Below are positions 31,855-35,208 of a DNA stretch of 35,208 bases, in pieces (positions within the stretch are counted from its first letter, which is position 1; each line of letters begins with the position of its first letter). The position numbers and the translations under genes were made by a program. This stretch comes from Phoronis australis. Its lineage: Eukaryota; Animalia; Phoronida. The stretch is taken from NCBI GenBank assembly GCA_002633005.1, contig NMRA01000393.1, forward strand, positions 197,210 to 232,417, in the 5' to 3' direction. The notes beneath the pieces were generated by a model. It did no database searches, was not told the origin of the DNA, and worked only from the letters and a program-made list of their open reading frames with translations.

Positions 31855-34800
31855 CTAAAAGAATAAAAAGCAAGAGATGTTGGTAAATGAAATAAATAAC
31901 ATTCATTCACTTCTTCTCCATTGTCCTAATAGTCTTGTTGGACACAGACTACAACTTTCTCTGGATTGATGTCAGCTCTATTGGTTTCAGCACTGATGTC
32001 AATATCCACAACAGGGCAGAACTAACAACATACAGAATCTCTCAGAAACAGTTTCTAGACGGTGATGACGATACTGTCCCGTAATACATAATAGGGAGCA
32101 ATGCTTTGGGGATCAACAATCACCTGATGAATTAGCTTTCTATCAGAAACATACACAGCACCATGAGACATCAATTAAATTCAGGGCATACAAAACTGTT
32201 TAGTGGAGAATGTCTTTGACATTCAGAAACACATAATTCTGAGATTTGCTGAGAATCATCATAAACAGTCGCCAAAGGCATGCAGAAACTTTAATTTATT
32301 ACTTTTCAATCTCATCACACTGAGATATCCAACCAATCATATGAACCTGATGGACTTTGAGGACCAATCTCAACCAGAATTAATTGTCATTCCAGGGGAT
32401 TGAACAAATGACCAAGTATTTCTGAATGTGCACCATAGGAGGGTAGGGGACACTGTAAACCAGAAGGGGAGGCAAATAAGGCAATACCAGGGTGATTACT
32501 TAAATCTAAACGACACGTGATGCCTTCATGACCTAGAACAGTCTGTTTAATGAAAAAAACTGAACATTCTAGTCAGAAATTTGGTCTTATTTCACACTCA
32601 CTCAGTAAATGTTTAGCCATAAATTATTAGCATTTCCTAACCTAGAAATTATTTCTACCAATTATATCAATAACTAGAAGTAATGGGTATACGTCCAGAC
32701 ATAGAGTAATTTTGCTAAAGTAATATTTGATTATTTTTCACAAAGTGTTGGATGGTAGACCTAACTTCTGACTTAAGTCACTGTTTATGAAACAGACCAC
32801 ATTGTACTGACTTACTAAATATGAAAATCCACAGCTTTGTCTGAGTTCAAGTGACAACAAGTGACCTTTTGTATGCACCATACTTGCATGCTGTAGCTGT
32901 TGATTGGCTGTTGACCTGAAGTTCACAGCCTTTCACAAAATTAAAAAGTCAACATTCCTACGCCCATTAGGTGCAAACTTTGGGACACTGAGAGTTGCTT
33001 GCATGGGCTCATTGAGGTACTAACAACTTCAATTGGGGATTAGGAGATATAAAAAGTGTGAGTGTGAAGATCCCTTATATCAAGTGTAAATCAGTGCTGC
33101 TATCTTATCAATATTTCAAAATATCACTTGAAGGGTTTAGGTGAGTAAATATAGTGACAAGAACTGGATAAAGCATGCTTGATGTTACCTAGCAACCAAG
33201 ACATTAATTGTTAGAAGTGTCCCTGAGGCTTTGGAGATCAATAGCATTTACAAGTGGGAAGAGCAATGAATATGGTAGTGTGCGTCACACATCAATATGC
33301 AAAATTATCAAGACTGTAATTAATCACGAGATCTTCAAAAGGCCATCAGACAACGACCATGTAGCAAGTTAAAACCAATATTCAGTAACCTTGGTTTACA
33401 CAACAGCTTCATGTACAGTACTTGCCAAAAGTAATCTGACAAAATACCATTTCCTAGCCATGATGGGTCGTAGGGGTGAATACTGCTTACAGGCAGCCAA
33501 CATAACAGGGAATTCTGCCTACTTTCAGCCATCTTGACTGGGAATTCTAATTACACTCTGCCATCTCCACTGGGATTTCCAGATCATTTTGTCCGATTAC
33601 TTTTGCTATGCACTGTATGAAGATGCAGGTCAAATTTTGCCAAATGAAAAGTGCATGCAGTGGTCAAGGCTGCGACAACGACTGTGTACTGCGGCATACA
33701 AGATTTAATTTATGACATGACACATCATTTTACGACTCCCAGCAAATGGTTGATATCACCAATTCAAGACACGATATACCCAACAAGTAATATCATTTTT
33801 TCATTGTCTAATATATCTTAAGTACCAAATATTAATTCAAAATGCTCAACCTATGCATTAGAACTTAGACCTGAGAATATAATGGAAATTTGTGGGCATT
33901 ATATTATAAGAAGCCTCACAGAGTTGGAAACAGGGAATTTTTTGTTATTGCATTTGTTAGAAATTGGCGGCATTTCACCAAAAACAATCTCATTACGGTG
34001 TTTTCCCGTTGATCCCAACTTGTTCGATTCTGTAGCCCAACAACAAGTTTGGAGGATGACCCCTGAAGCCAATATCTTACATGACTGACTCCACTCTGGC
34101 CAGCTCTCTTTTGTTCGATAATTGCTCTACTTTCCAAAAAAGATGGTATTTAGCCCGACTGGTTTGTGCTGTTAAAAATAAAAGTTAAGCTGTAACATAT
34201 TTGAACATCGACCAATAGTATTTCTGAATTCTCAGTCACATGCTGATCATATTTAATTTTTGAATGGCAAGAATCACCCAACTACAACCGAAGTTACGAC
34301 AATCTATTCTTTCCGAAAGTACCAATTCGCTTTGTGTTTGACTGTGTTCACATGTGGTCTGTAATAAGCCCGGTAGATTATTGGTCTGCCTGTTGTCATA
34401 CCAGACAAAAAACTGTGCTTGGCAGTTAACAAAAAAGCTACATGTTATCACATGCTCACAACCCTCTACGTCTAGTAAAGTCACTGAACTGGAGAACACC
34501 ATAATGAATATGCAAGTTCTATAACACGTTGTAGAGTTTTTGAGTTGAAATTGTTATCAATAACGTGTGAAACTGTGAAACTGTGATAACTCAGGAACAG
34601 AAACAGTCAAGATGGTGAATGCACTTACTAGTTTCCTCCTAAATAACAAAGCTACAAAGTAAAAAATTCTAAGTATTTTTTGGTATCCTCTTAGTTCAGC
34701 CTATATGACCTCATTAAATCATTTACAAATTTCATATTTTCACTGGTTCACTTTTTACTTATACGTGACACTGTGCATTATATAATAAGCAATTCAAAAA

Positions 34801-34942
34801 ACAAATTATGTAATCTGTACAATCTGCCCACGTGGGTAGTGGCCAATAGAATGTTTTTTACAATGAGCACAATCTGTACATGTGGGTGGCCTGTAGAATG
34901 TTCTTTGCATTGAGCACCACCTGTACATGTGTGTGACAAGCC

Positions 34943-35208
34943 CAACATCAAACAAGCCTATAATTTAGGTGACTTACTAACACACAACATCAAACATTAG
35001 CCAATAAGCTAGGTGCCATGCTAACACACAAAGTCAAACATTAGCCTATAAGTTAGTTGACTTACTAACACACGACATCAAACATTAGCCAATAAGCTAG
35101 GTGCCATGCTAACACACAAAGTCAAACATTAGCCTATAAGTTAGTTGACTTACTAACACACAACATCAAACATTAGCCAATAAGCTAGGTGCCATGCTAA
35201 CACACAAA
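34943..35208 (+). repeat. 44-bp repeat with alternating A/B monomers (88-bp dimer), running off the window
   Basis: CTAACACAC at 34977, 35021, 35065, 35109, 35153 and 35197. Confidence 0.94.

Noticed and set aside
31855-34940. Upstream TRMT9B coding exon(s) and the short ORFs in this interval
   Set aside because: I found no frame with the expected HVY/WP/DxG motifs ending at a phase-1 donor; treated as intron.

Overview
Intron-rich animal genomic DNA, probably from an invertebrate; the taxon cannot be fixed from the sequence. It holds two convergent genes. The first is a complete 16-exon KIF3A (kinesin-2 motor) on the + strand, ATG at 1192 and TAA at 23117, about 708 aa, with two candidate in-frame microexons (6 nt and 9 nt). 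The second is the 3' part (three exons) of a TRMT9B/KIAA1456-like tRNA methyltransferase on the - strand, with a ~600-aa insertion. The introns carry several non-autonomous DNA transposons: a nested pair with 9-bp target-site duplications (TSDs), and TA-flanked Tc1/mariner-pogo-like elements. They also carry about 15 tandem arrays. The most striking signal is that six of these arrays are built from the host gene's own exon-intron junctions. They are KIF3A acceptors 3 and 8, KIF3A donors 10, 11 and 13, and the TRMT9B last acceptor. Each array runs into the intron and creates up to 13 near-identical decoy splice sites, and every decoy I traced gives a stop or a frameshift. All coordinates were counted by eye and may be off by a few bases.
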